A DNA stretch of 64,000 nucleotides, taken from NCBI GenBank assembly GCA_964515545.1, contig CAZERI010000002.1, forward strand, positions 57,612-121,611, given 5' to 3'. This document shows, piece after piece, positions 54,890 to 64,000 of this stretch. The notes under the pieces are model-generated. The model was not told the DNA's origin. It made no database searches and worked only from the letters and a program-made list of their open reading frames with translations. The translations under genes and the position numbers were made by a program. Positions within the stretch are counted from its first letter, which is position 1, and every line of letters begins with the position of its first letter. Source of the stretch: an uncultured Gammaproteobacteria bacterium (lineage in GTDB: Bacteria; Patescibacteriota; Microgenomatia; Levybacterales; UBA12049).

Positions 54890-55804
54890 GTGGAAAAAGT
54901 AATTATTTCAATACTGGATTATAATCAGGAGAAAGACACATTATCGTGCCTCCACTCATTGGATCATCTAGCGACTGATAATTTTACGATTGAGATAGTC
55001 GTTGTTGATAATTATCCTCAGGGTACTTTTAGCTTAGGCAAGGAAAAATTCCGTCATCCCATAACACTTCTTAAGACAAATGAAAATAAAGGATTCTCAG
55101 GAGGACATAACATCGGTATCAAAAAAGCTCTAGCAATGGGAGCTGACTATGTCATAGTTCTGAATAATGATACGAGAGTTGATAAAAATTTGGTTAAAGA
55201 ACTGGTATGTGCGTCTCGTGAGGATAAAAAACGAGGGGCAGTTGTCCCCAAGATTTATTTTGAAAAAGGACATGAATTTCATAAAGACCGTTATAAGAGT
55301 CAGGACTTAGGAAAAGTTTTCTGGTACGCAGGAGGGAAGATGGACTGGGATAATATTAATGGTTCGCATAGAGGAGTAGACGAGGTTGATAAGGGGCAGT
55401 ACGATACTCCATCATCGACAGATCTGCTCACTGGCTGCTGTGTACTTTTCCCGCGTCAGATACTTGAGAAGACCAACGGCTTTGATGAGAAATATTTTCT
55501 TTATTACGAAGATGCTGATATAAATGAACGTATTAAAAGGATGGGTTTTACTATCTGGTATCAGCCGACAGCTGTGCTTTGGCATATTAACGCCGGAGCA
55601 ACCGGTGGTTCCGGTTCAGTCCTCCAGGATTACTTCATCAGTAGAAATCGAATGCTTTTTGGGATGAGGTATGCTAGATTACGGACGAGAATTGCTCTGG
55701 TAAGAGAGAGCATTTCATTATTTAGGAAGGGAAGAGAGTGGCAGAAGATCGGTGTTAGAGACTATTATAGAGGCAAATTTGGAAGGGGAAGTTATCCTGT
55801 ATGA
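54890..55804 (+). CDS. GT2 family glycosyltransferase (rhamnosyltransferase-like)
   Basis: IISILDYNQEKDT...VVVDNYPQG...NKGFSGGHNIG...VLNNDTRVD. Confidence 0.8.
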   Translation: MEKVIISILDYNQEKDTLSCLHSLDHLATDNFTIEIVVVDNYPQGTFSLGKEKFRHPITLLKTNENKGFSGGHNIGIKKALAMGADYVIVLNNDTRVDKNLVKELVCASREDKKRGAVVPKIYFEKGHEFHKDRYKSQDLGKVFWYAGGKMDWDNINGSHRGVDEVDKGQYDTPSSTDLLTGCCVLFPRQILEKTNGFDEKYFLYYEDADINERIKRMGFTIWYQPTAVLWHINAGATGGSGSVLQDYFISRNRMLFGMRYARLRTRIALVRESISLFRKGREWQKIGVRDYYRGKFGRGSYPV

Positions 55805-56556
55805 CAGCTACGTTGACAGCCATTATTTTAGCGAAGAATGAAGAAGAGATGATAGGAGAGGCTATTACTTCTATTTCTTTTGCAGACAAAATTATCGTTG
55901 TTGATAATAATTCCTCAGATAATACGGAAGAAATTGCTAAGAAAAAAGGTGCCCATGTTCTCCATATTAATTCTCAGGATTTTTCAGAGCTACGGACATA
56001 TCCGCTTAAAAAAATAACTACCGATTATATTTTTTATTTAGATGCAGATGAGAGAGTAAGTGATGAATTAAAAAAAGAGATACTAGATTTCCTCGAAACA
56101 CCTAAAGATACAGGAGCCATGAGAGTTCCTCGCAAAAATTTTTACTTTGGTGAACATCCTTGGCCTCAGGTAGAGCATCTGGAAAGATTATTTAAGTCAG
56201 ATAGTCTTAAAGGTTGGCATGGAAAGCTCCATGAGACTGCTGTTGTAAAGGGCAGTATAGGCGAGCTGCAGAGTCCCATTCTTCATTATTCTCATCGTGA
56301 TCTTTCCTCAATGGTAAACAAGACTAATACTTGGTCAGATACAGAGGCAAAGCTTCGGTTGGAAGCCAAGCATCCTCAAATTACCTGGTGGAGATTCCCG
56401 CGGGTGATGACTACTGCCTTTGTGGATTCGTTTTTCCGTCAAAAAGGATATAAGGCGGGTACAGCCGGAATAATTGAGAGTATTTATCAATCCTTTAGCA
56501 TGTTTATAACCTATGCTAAGTTATGGGAAATGCAGGAAGAGAAGAAAAAGAAGTAA
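55801..56556 (+). CDS. GT2 family glycosyltransferase (paralog of 53964-54887)
   Basis: LTAIILAKNEEEMIGEAITSISFADKIIVVDNNSSDNT...LDADERVSDELKKEI is collinear with the 53964 protein (SFVDEILVVDHKSSDET...IDADERVSEELAREI). Confidence 0.8.
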   Translation: MTATLTAIILAKNEEEMIGEAITSISFADKIIVVDNNSSDNTEEIAKKKGAHVLHINSQDFSELRTYPLKKITTDYIFYLDADERVSDELKKEILDFLETPKDTGAMRVPRKNFYFGEHPWPQVEHLERLFKSDSLKGWHGKLHETAVVKGSIGELQSPILHYSHRDLSSMVNKTNTWSDTEAKLRLEAKHPQITWWRFPRVMTTAFVDSFFRQKGYKAGTAGIIESIYQSFSMFITYAKLWEMQEEKKKK

Positions 56557-56820
56557 TTACTTCTTTTTTCTTGAGAGCATTTTAGGCCATGTCTTTATCT
56601 CGGCAAGGGTAAGAGGTTTTTTAGCAAATTTGAAGAGATAAATCAGTTCGAGTATTCCGATCGAATTAACGATAAGGAATATAAAAATAACAACAAACCA
56701 TATCTTTTGTCCCTCTCTGGATGCCCTCCACAAAGCTGCACCTTTCCAGAAGACAGACCAGATACTAAGTACTATGATGAGGATCTGCATTTGGATATTC
56801 ATGTGGATAAATCGTAGCAC
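56557..56820 (-). CDS. Small membrane protein (2 TM), hypothetical
   Basis: 87-aa hydrophobic ORF, the only minus-strand gene inside the plus-strand glycosylation island. Confidence 0.4.
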   Translation of the reverse strand: MLRFIHMNIQMQILIIVLSIWSVFWKGAALWRASREGQKIWFVVIFIFLIVNSIGILELIYLFKFAKKPLTLAEIKTWPKMLSRKKK

Positions 56821-56865
56821 AGCTATCCCAGAAATGCAAAAACTTGCTACAATACTAATGAGTTT

Positions 56866-57939
56866 ATGAAGATAGCTATTTTTGATCCATACTTAGATAC
56901 CATGTCGGGCGGAGAAAAATATATGCTCTCCATTGCGATGTCACTATCTAAAGATCATGACGTAAGCATCCTCTGGGATGAGCTATCAAGAAAAGACATT
57001 CTTGATAAAGCAAATCTGCGATTTGGATATGATTTAGCAAAATTCACCTTTGTTCCTTCTTTTTTTGATAAGAAAATCAGTTTTTTACATCGGTACGAAT
57101 TATCAAAAGAATATGATCGAATTATTGTTCTGAGTGATGGGAGTATTCCTGTCGTTGCTTGTCCTCTTATTCTTCATTTTCAGTCTCCTATGAATTGGGT
57201 AAAAGGTAAGACTCTCAAAAATCAATTAAAGCTTACTCGAGTTAAAAAGATTCTAGTGAACTCCCACTTTACAAAGAATTATATCGATAAGATATTTTCT
57301 AAAAAAAGTATAGTTCTTTATCCTCCTGTTACGATCCAGAGAACGTATGATCCAAAGAAAAAAAAGAATAAAATTTTAAATGTCGGAAGATTTGGTATTA
57401 ATCAGGCAGGATCGAGTTTTAAGAAACAGGATATTCTGGCAGATACGTTTGTAAAGATGCATCATGAGCTTTCCGGCTGGGAGCTTGTTTTTGTCATGAG
57501 TCTGATGGATAAAGATAAATCTGCTTTTGAGAGTTTTAAAAAGGACTATACCGCGTATCCAATTAGGTTTTTATTAAACCCCTCAAATAATGATTTGTGG
57601 GATGAGTATGAGAGTGCCAGTATTTATTGGCATGCTTCAGGGTATGGTGAGGATCTTATAGATCATCCGGATAGAGCCGAACACTTCGGAATTTCTACAG
57701 TTGAGGCTATGGGGACAGGAGCTGTCCCTGTGGTCGTTGCTGCAGGGGGCCAAAAAGAGATCATTACTGATGATAAAAATGGTCGACTTTGGTCTACGCT
57801 GGAGGACCTTCAATCACAGACTTTGGATCTTGCTACAGATAAAACTCAGAGAGAAAGGCTTGCCTTACAGGGAATAAAGGATGCAGAAAATTTTTCGCTT
57901 CAGAAATTCAGTAAGCAGATTAATGAATTAGTAAGATGA
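56866..57939 (+). CDS. Glycosyltransferase family 4
   Basis: C-terminal EHFGISTVEAMGTGAVPVVVAAGGQKEII.DDKNG (GT4 E-x7-E region); 357 aa. Confidence 0.8.
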   Translation: MKIAIFDPYLDTMSGGEKYMLSIAMSLSKDHDVSILWDELSRKDILDKANLRFGYDLAKFTFVPSFFDKKISFLHRYELSKEYDRIIVLSDGSIPVVACPLILHFQSPMNWVKGKTLKNQLKLTRVKKILVNSHFTKNYIDKIFSKKSIVLYPPVTIQRTYDPKKKKNKILNVGRFGINQAGSSFKKQDILADTFVKMHHELSGWELVFVMSLMDKDKSAFESFKKDYTAYPIRFLLNPSNNDLWDEYESASIYWHASGYGEDLIDHPDRAEHFGISTVEAMGTGAVPVVVAAGGQKEIITDDKNGRLWSTLEDLQSQTLDLATDKTQRERLALQGIKDAENFSLQKFSKQINELVR

Positions 57940-60161
57940 ATATAAAAAAATTTGTAGGCATTTTTTTTATTATTGCTGTTGTTCTTATCTTTTTTAGATC
58001 AGTATTTTCATTTACCAAAGTCCCAATTCCTACGGATGTATTGGTAAATCTTTTTAATCCCTACAGAGATTATTATGCAGCTTCTTATCCGCGAGGTGTC
58101 CCTTTCAAAAATCCTCTGGTCGGAGATCCGGTGCTTCAGCAGATTCCATCCAGACAATTATCGCTTGAGCTCTTGAAGAAGGCAGAACTACCTCTCTGGA
58201 ATCCCTACCAAATGGCAGGTTATCCGCTTCTTGGTAATATTCAGTCGGCTCCTTTTTATCCGCTTAATATTCTTTTTTTTCTCCTTCCTTTTGTTCCTGC
58301 CTGGACTATCTTTATTATGCTTGAGCAAATCTTAGGCGGAATATTCATGTTTTTTTATCTGAGAAACCGCTCTCTTTCTCAGGAAGCAAGTATTTTTGGA
58401 GGGTTGGCTTTTAGTTTTAGTGGTTTTTTCATCGCCTGGCTTGAATGGGGAACGATTGCCCATACTGCATTATGGATCCCGTTAGGACTTCTGGCTATAG
58501 ATAAAATTCTTATATCCAAAAGTAACTATTGGTATGGCCTTTTTTGCCTTTCATTAGTCTGTTCTTTTTTGGCAGGACATCTCCAGACATTTATCTATGG
58601 ATTTCTCCTTTGGATTCTTTATTTTCTTTATTACTGGTATAAGGATAGAAATAAAAGGATATTACTCTTTACTATTTTTACCCTATTTGTAGGAGGAATT
58701 ATCACCTTTCCTATCTGGTATGCGCAGCTCAATCTCATTTTGCTCTCTGCCCGGAACGTAGACCTTACTTGGCAGAAGCTGGGGTGGTTTATTCCTCTAG
58801 CTCAGCTTATTCAATTTTTTGCTCCTGATTTTTTTGGTAATCCTGCAACAGGTAATTATTGGGGGGTCTTTAATTATGGTGAATTTATAGGCTATATTGG
58901 GATGGCTCCGCTTATATTTGCAGTTCTAGCTTTATTTTCAAAAAAGCGTAAAGACGTACTACTGTGGGGAGGTCTAGTCATAATCTGTCTGATCTTGGCT
59001 ACCCAAAATCCTCTCGCTCAGCTTCCTTATACATTCTCAATTCCCTTCTTCTCCTCAGCCCAACCGACAAGACTTCTTGTCTTGGTGGATGTCGCGCTTG
59101 CAATTCTTGCTGCTATTGGATTTGAGACAATAAGCAGATCTAAAGAAAAATTACTAAAACCTATCATACTTGTGCTCGGCTTTATAGCAATTATTGTCTA
59201 TGGGTTTGTTCTTCTGAGTGTCCATAATTTTAGTGTTTCAGATTTTACAGTCACGAAGAGAAATCTCATAGTCCCTAGTGCATTATTTTTCCTGACTTTT
59301 GGAGTGCTGCTTTTCTCACAGGTGATACCTCCTGCCAAAAGGAGAATTCTGTTCTATTTAGTAATTGGAGTTACAGTCGCTGATCTCCTTTTCTTTGCGG
59401 GTAAGTATACTCCTTTTGCCCCAACAGAATACTATTATCCAACTACCAAGGCATTGGCATATCTGACTGAGCATGCGGGACAGTCACGTATCATGACAAC
59501 AACCCGGCAGATATTTTCACCAAATATTGCTACGATGTATCACCTGCAGAGTGTTGATGGATATGATCCGTTATACATTATGCGGTTTGGAGAGATGATG
59601 GCTGCATCAGAGCGGGGGAAAGCAGACATCTCCACTCCATTTGGATTTAATAGAATAGTTGTCTCTAATAAAATAAATTCACCAATAATTGATCTGTTAG
59701 GAGTGAAATATATTCTTAGCCTGACTGAGAGAGATGATCCAAAACTAAATAAGGTCTTTGAAGAAGGAGAGACAAAAATATATGAAAATAAGTCTGCTTT
59801 CCCCCGCTCATTTTTTGTAAGTAATGTAGTAAAAGCTGATTCTCCTCAGAAGGCTATCCAGCTTATGTTTGACTCAGCAGTTGATCTCCATAAGACTGCA
59901 GTTGTTGAAGATACTGAGTCCCTCTCATCATCCTACTCAGTAGGTACTGCATCAATACAGACATATTCTCCAAATAAAATTATTATTTCAACAAAAAATA
60001 GTAAAGAAGGCTTTCTTATCTTTACCGATACGTTCTATCCCACATGGAAAGCAGCTATAGATGGTCGTCAAAGTAAGATCTATCGAAGTGATTACAATTT
60101 TAGAGGGGTTGTTGTGCCTGCCGGTACCCATACTGTAGAATTTAGAAATACATTATTATGA
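57936..60161 (+). CDS. YfhO-like GT-C membrane glycosyltransferase
   Basis: 741 aa; WNPYQMAGYPLLGNIQSAPFYPLNILFF and a multi-TM core with a large C-terminal extracytoplasmic domain, as in the YfhO family. Confidence 0.65.
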   Translation: MNIKKFVGIFFIIAVVLIFFRSVFSFTKVPIPTDVLVNLFNPYRDYYAASYPRGVPFKNPLVGDPVLQQIPSRQLSLELLKKAELPLWNPYQMAGYPLLGNIQSAPFYPLNILFFLLPFVPAWTIFIMLEQILGGIFMFFYLRNRSLSQEASIFGGLAFSFSGFFIAWLEWGTIAHTALWIPLGLLAIDKILISKSNYWYGLFCLSLVCSFLAGHLQTFIYGFLLWILYFLYYWYKDRNKRILLFTIFTLFVGGIITFPIWYAQLNLILLSARNVDLTWQKLGWFIPLAQLIQFFAPDFFGNPATGNYWGVFNYGEFIGYIGMAPLIFAVLALFSKKRKDVLLWGGLVIICLILATQNPLAQLPYTFSIPFFSSAQPTRLLVLVDVALAILAAIGFETISRSKEKLLKPIILVLGFIAIIVYGFVLLSVHNFSVSDFTVTKRNLIVPSALFFLTFGVLLFSQVIPPAKRRILFYLVIGVTVADLLFFAGKYTPFAPTEYYYPTTKALAYLTEHAGQSRIMTTTRQIFSPNIATMYHLQSVDGYDPLYIMRFGEMMAASERGKADISTPFGFNRIVVSNKINSPIIDLLGVKYILSLTERDDPKLNKVFEEGETKIYENKSAFPRSFFVSNVVKADSPQKAIQLMFDSAVDLHKTAVVEDTESLSSSYSVGTASIQTYSPNKIIISTKNSKEGFLIFTDTFYPTWKAAIDGRQSKIYRSDYNFRGVVVPAGTHTVEFRNTLL

Positions 60162-61108
60162 AAATTAGTGTTGTAATCCCAAGCTATAATGGCCAGGAGC
60201 TTCTTTCAAGTAATCTTCCTAAGGTAATTTCTGCACTCCTTTATACGAAAAAGGAAAAAAAGATTGAATCAGAAATAATTGTTGTTAATGATGGCTCAAG
60301 TGACGGGACAGTATCTTTTATGGAAGAATTTATTTCAGCGCATAAAGAAGTCCCAATTTTTCTTAAAGATAATAAAAGAAATCTCGGTTTTTCTCCGACA
60401 GTTAATAATGGAGTGAGAGAGGCCAGAGGAGAGATAATTATTTTGCTGAATACTGATGTAATTCCTGATAAAGATTTTATCTTACCGCTTCTTCCTTATT
60501 TTGATGATGAGAGGACCTTTGCTGTAGGATGTATGGATAAAAGTATCGAGGGAGATAAAGTTGTCCTGAGAGGAAGAGGAGTTGGTATGTGGAAAGAAGG
60601 CTATCTCAAGCATAGGCTTGGGGATTTAGATAAAAACGATACTTTGTGGGTAAGTGGCGGAAGCGGAGCTTTTCGGAAAAGTCTGTGGGATAAATTAGGA
60701 GGATTGTGCGAATTATACAAGCCGTATTATTGGGAAGATATCGATCTTTCATACCGAGCACTAAAGGCTGGATATGCTGTCTATTTTGAGAAAAAAAGTA
60801 TAGTAATCCATAAGCATGAAGAAGGAGTTATCAAGAAAACGCAGCCAGCTAGTAAGGTTCTGGAGATTGTTAATCGAAATCAGAATATCTTTACTCTTTT
60901 AAATGCGACTGATCTTGCTATTTACGGTGGCTACCTCTTATTTCTGCCTGTCCATATCCTTAGAGCACTAAAGAATAACGAATGGCTTTACTTGAAAGGG
61001 TTAGCGAAAGCTCTTCTTATGCTTCCACACATTATGTCGGCTAGATCTCACTATCAGAAGTTAGTAAAAGTCTCAGATCATGACGTCATCGCCAAAATTA
61101 AAGCATGA
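60158..61108 (+). CDS. GT2 family glycosyltransferase
   Basis: ISVVIPSYNGQELL...IVVNDGSSDGT...LNTDVIPD. Confidence 0.8.
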   Translation: MKISVVIPSYNGQELLSSNLPKVISALLYTKKEKKIESEIIVVNDGSSDGTVSFMEEFISAHKEVPIFLKDNKRNLGFSPTVNNGVREARGEIIILLNTDVIPDKDFILPLLPYFDDERTFAVGCMDKSIEGDKVVLRGRGVGMWKEGYLKHRLGDLDKNDTLWVSGGSGAFRKSLWDKLGGLCELYKPYYWEDIDLSYRALKAGYAVYFEKKSIVIHKHEEGVIKKTQPASKVLEIVNRNQNIFTLLNATDLAIYGGYLLFLPVHILRALKNNEWLYLKGLAKALLMLPHIMSARSHYQKLVKVSDHDVIAKIKA

Positions 61109-63033
61109 TTTTTATTCAATTAATTTTTTTTATAGTTCTTGTCTATCTCTTTCTTTATGCCCCGGGTAGATATCTGGTAAGGACGACAAAGCTTTCTTAT
61201 TCTCCATGTATTACGGTGCTTCTCTCCTTGGGAGCAGGAATTGCAGTACTTCTTCTGAGTGCATACCTTTTTGCATGGGTAAAGCTTGAGTGGATGGCGT
61301 TGGTTTTGACTGGTATTCTGACAGTGCTGGATAGAGGACAGTCTTTAGGGGAGCTTTCTGTTTTTGTAAAAAAACTGAGGAATTATCCCTTGGAGACAGT
61401 TCTTTTAATGAGTGGAATTATCGGGATGTGTTATCTCACCTGGCGGTCGGGGATAGAGATAGGGGGAGAGTACTACTTTTATGGCGTAAATTCGGTTGAT
61501 TCGTTATACCATTTAGCTCTTATTGGTAACCTCACACATACTTTTCCTCCAGAGCATTTTGGCCTCAGCGGAATTCCGCTGAGGGGATATCATTTTTTTT
61601 ATGATTTTCTGATAGCTCTTTTTGCAAAATATTTCCATTTTCAGATAACTGATCTTTATTTACGATTTTTTCCTTTGTTGGTAAGCTTTTTATATGGAGT
61701 GAGTTTTATTGGATTTTCTCAGTACTTTACCTGGAAGAAAGATGTCACACGAGGTATAATCTTTGTAGTCTTTTTTCTCAGCAACTTTGAATTTTTCTTC
61801 AATTATTTTGTCCATTCTGAGCTCCTTGTCCATATTCCTGAAGGATTGACTCAGATACTTGATCCCTCAGTTCCATTCTCAATAGCGCTCTTTATTTGCG
61901 GGTATATTCTCTTTAGTACTAAAGGAAAAACACTTCCCCAGACTCTCCTGGCAGCTTCAGTAATAGGTATTTTGCCCATGATAAAAGTCTATACAGGATT
62001 CTTATTCTTTGCTGGATTAGGGTGCGTTCTGCTCTGGAGTATTGTGAAAAAAGAATATCAGAGACATCTCCTTTTGATCATAGCTTCAGGAATTATCGCA
62101 GGGATGGTGTACTTGCCGGTGAATTTTGGGGCAGGAAGTTTTATCTTTGCTCCATTTTTATACTGGAGACACTTGATGGAAGGGTCTCATTTCTTCCAGG
62201 AACTTCATTTTCCTCTTCAGTATCTTATCTTTCAAGAGCATTCTAATTTTCCTAGGATGGCATTTATTATTGCGGTTATAGGAGGAGTATTTTTTATTGA
62301 GACACTTGGATGGCGAATTCCTGCGGGGATTATCTATTTACTAAAAGAAAGGAAGAAAAAAATCAGAACTGATATTAGAAGTATTTTCTGGATTGGTGTA
62401 TTTTTGGCAGGTATATTTATCCCGATCCTTTTTATCCAGAGTAGTAGTGTCTTTAATATTGTTCAGTTTTACTGGATTATTGTGACGCTTTCTTTGCCTT
62501 TTTTTGTATTTCAGGTTCAGGTGATTACAGCTCAGTGCCATAAAAGATATATTTTCCTTGTCTGGACTGTTATTGTTCTCTCAACGCTTCCATCGCTTAT
62601 TCTCCTTTTCAAGGAGTACTCCTCTAATCCGACTATTATTCCCAGTACTACTGTAGAGCTGACTAAGAAAATTTCATCCAGTGTACCTATAGACCAGTCT
62701 ATACTCATTCTTGACACAAAAGATAAGAGTCAAGTCCCTCTCTTCTCATCTCTTACTGCGCGTTCTATGTATCTGGAGACTGAGGGTATAGATTTTTCCT
62801 CTATGAAAAATGTCATCTATGATCGAGAGCAAAAAATTGATAAAATTTTAGATGTGGCAAAGAACTGTAATGACTTCACAAAACAGAAAGACACGCAAGA
62901 AATGGTAAGCCTGATTTTATCGACTAACTCACATTATTTTGTCACCTCTCCCTTCTCGTGTCTTGAAAATAATGCTTCTTTTAAAATTCTTTTTACTACT
63001 CCTAATCAGCAGTTGGTTCATGTAATAAAATGA
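61105..63033 (+). CDS. Large polytopic membrane protein (GT-C-like or polymerase-like), hypothetical
   Basis: 642 aa with more than 14 TM helices; ATGA coupling to GT2 genes on both sides. Confidence 0.5.
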   Translation: MIFIQLIFFIVLVYLFLYAPGRYLVRTTKLSYSPCITVLLSLGAGIAVLLLSAYLFAWVKLEWMALVLTGILTVLDRGQSLGELSVFVKKLRNYPLETVLLMSGIIGMCYLTWRSGIEIGGEYYFYGVNSVDSLYHLALIGNLTHTFPPEHFGLSGIPLRGYHFFYDFLIALFAKYFHFQITDLYLRFFPLLVSFLYGVSFIGFSQYFTWKKDVTRGIIFVVFFLSNFEFFFNYFVHSELLVHIPEGLTQILDPSVPFSIALFICGYILFSTKGKTLPQTLLAASVIGILPMIKVYTGFLFFAGLGCVLLWSIVKKEYQRHLLLIIASGIIAGMVYLPVNFGAGSFIFAPFLYWRHLMEGSHFFQELHFPLQYLIFQEHSNFPRMAFIIAVIGGVFFIETLGWRIPAGIIYLLKERKKKIRTDIRSIFWIGVFLAGIFIPILFIQSSSVFNIVQFYWIIVTLSLPFFVFQVQVITAQCHKRYIFLVWTVIVLSTLPSLILLFKEYSSNPTIIPSTTVELTKKISSSVPIDQSILILDTKDKSQVPLFSSLTARSMYLETEGIDFSSMKNVIYDREQKIDKILDVAKNCNDFTKQKDTQEMVSLILSTNSHYFVTSPFSCLENNASFKILFTTPNQQLVHVIK

Positions 63034-63773
63034 AGTTATCAATAGTTATACCAGTCTATAATGAAGAGAGGACAGTAGCGGAAGTAATAAGAGAAGTGAG
63101 TGATGTCCTAATTGACGATCCTTCGACGAGCTCAGGACAAGTTAAGAAGGAAATTATCGTTGTTAACGATGCCTCTAGTGATAAAACAGGTGAGATCCTC
63201 CAGAGATTAGAGAAATCAAATAAAGATCTCGTTGTGGTGACGCATGCGCAAAATAAAGGGAAAGGTGCTGCTGTCCGAACCGGATTTGCTAAAGCCACAG
63301 GAGATTATATCGTTATTCAGGATGCTGATTTAGAGTATAACCCCGATTATTTTAAAGTTCTCCTTAAACCTATCCTCTCAGGTAAGACGCAGGTGGTATA
63401 TGGAACCCGACTTAAAAAGCTTCCTAAGCTTACTCAACATGGTACGATGGGTAAGACCCGTTTTCTCCTCCATTTTTTCGGTAATAGGTTCCTTAGTCTT
63501 GTTACCAGTATTCTTTATTTACAGTGGGTTACTGATATGGAAACCTGTTATAAGATATTCCCTCGAGAGTTCCTTAGGACAACGACACTTCATGGCAATG
63601 GGTTTAATTTCGAACCGGAAATTACTGCTAAGCTGATCAAGGCTGGTTACCATATCGTTGAAATACCTATCACTACTAAGCCAAGAGGATATGATGATGG
63701 TAAAAAGCTCCAGACAGTCCCCGAAGGAATTGAAGCAATAAAAACATTATTTAAATATCGTTTTAGCAAATGA
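63030..63773 (+). CDS. GT2 polyprenol-phosphate sugar synthase-like glycosyltransferase (DPM1-type)
   Basis: LSIVIPVYNEERTV...IVVNDASSDKT...QDADLEYNPDYF; 247 aa. Confidence 0.85.
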   Translation: MKLSIVIPVYNEERTVAEVIREVSDVLIDDPSTSSGQVKKEIIVVNDASSDKTGEILQRLEKSNKDLVVVTHAQNKGKGAAVRTGFAKATGDYIVIQDADLEYNPDYFKVLLKPILSGKTQVVYGTRLKKLPKLTQHGTMGKTRFLLHFFGNRFLSLVTSILYLQWVTDMETCYKIFPREFLRTTTLHGNGFNFEPEITAKLIKAGYHIVEIPITTKPRGYDDGKKLQTVPEGIEAIKTLFKYRFSK

Positions 63774-64000
63774 AAGTCGCAGAATTTTTTATAAATCCGC
63801 GCGGATTTATTTTTCTTGCAATTGTTGTCTTTGCTGTTCTTATCCGCTTTACCTCTCTTTCTTCTCTACCGGTATCTCTCTATTGGGATGAGGTGTCTGA
63901 AGGCTATAATTCCTACAGTATCCTTCATACAGGAAAAGACGAATACGGCACGTCTTTCCCCCTTCTTTTTAGAGGCTATGACGATGATAAGATGCCGGTC
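63770..64000 (+). CDS. GT-C membrane glycosyltransferase, PMT/ArnT-like (partial; runs off window end)
   Basis: ATGA overlap with the upstream GT2; ...LSSLPVSLYWDEVSEGYNSYSILHTGKDEYG matches the first-loop DE motif of GT39/GT83 enzymes. Confidence 0.65.
   Translation, partial: MKVAEFFINPRGFIFLAIVVFAVLIRFTSLSSLPVSLYWDEVSEGYNSYSILHTGKDEYGTSFPLLFRGYDDDKMPV

Noticed and set aside
1-64000. CRISPR arrays, rRNA genes, transposases or integrases
   Set aside because: No regularly spaced direct repeats, no rRNA-like conserved segments and no transposase or integrase-like ORFs were found on reading both strands. The only exact repeat of note is the 18-mer at the tRNA-Glu locus.

Overview
Low-GC (~38-42%) bacterial chromosome segment read with the standard genetic code; TGA is a stop and many adjacent genes overlap as ATGA. 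The gene content suggests a small-genome, possibly CPR/Patescibacteria-like organism, but that is inference. About two thirds of the window is ordinary housekeeping: mutS (partial, off the window start), a CAP-domain protein, lepB, rarA, eno-gpmA, typA/bipA, lon, nadE, a DacA-like carboxypeptidase, two Crp/Fnr regulators, and several two-component parts. The rest is accessory-looking, and I single out four parts. (1) A minus-strand operon at 34.1-40.7 kb encodes a ferric-reductase-like heme membrane domain fused to two His-motif extracytoplasmic repeats, a CopC-like protein and a YcnI-like protein, co-oriented and tightly linked to three GT-C/PMT-like membrane proteins. This is a candidate extracytoplasmic copper reduction and handling system that I do not recognise as a described architecture. 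(2) A tRNA-Glu(CUC) gene at 41840-41912 has a 98-aa GIY-YIG nuclease cassette immediately downstream, bounded by an exact 18-bp direct repeat of the tRNA 3' end; the distal copy keeps the encoded CCA. A ~1-kb high-GC islet sits on the tRNA's other side. (3) A cytoplasmic GAF histidine kinase is translationally coupled to a RecA/KaiC-like P-loop ATPase, followed by a GT4 plus glycogen-debranching-like pair. (4) A ~19-kb glycosylation island at 44.9-64 kb has seven GT2 genes, a GT4, a Wzx-like flippase, a YfhO-like protein and at least five GT-C-like membrane transferases, arranged as repeated GT2 -> GT-C coupled pairs with internal paralog duplications. Also noted: TATAAT -10 boxes sit 6-11 nt before many start codons, implying leaderless transcripts; a minority of genes carry strong AGGAGGTGA Shine-Dalgarno sites; three clean intrinsic terminators were found. 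No CRISPR array, rRNA or transposase was seen.
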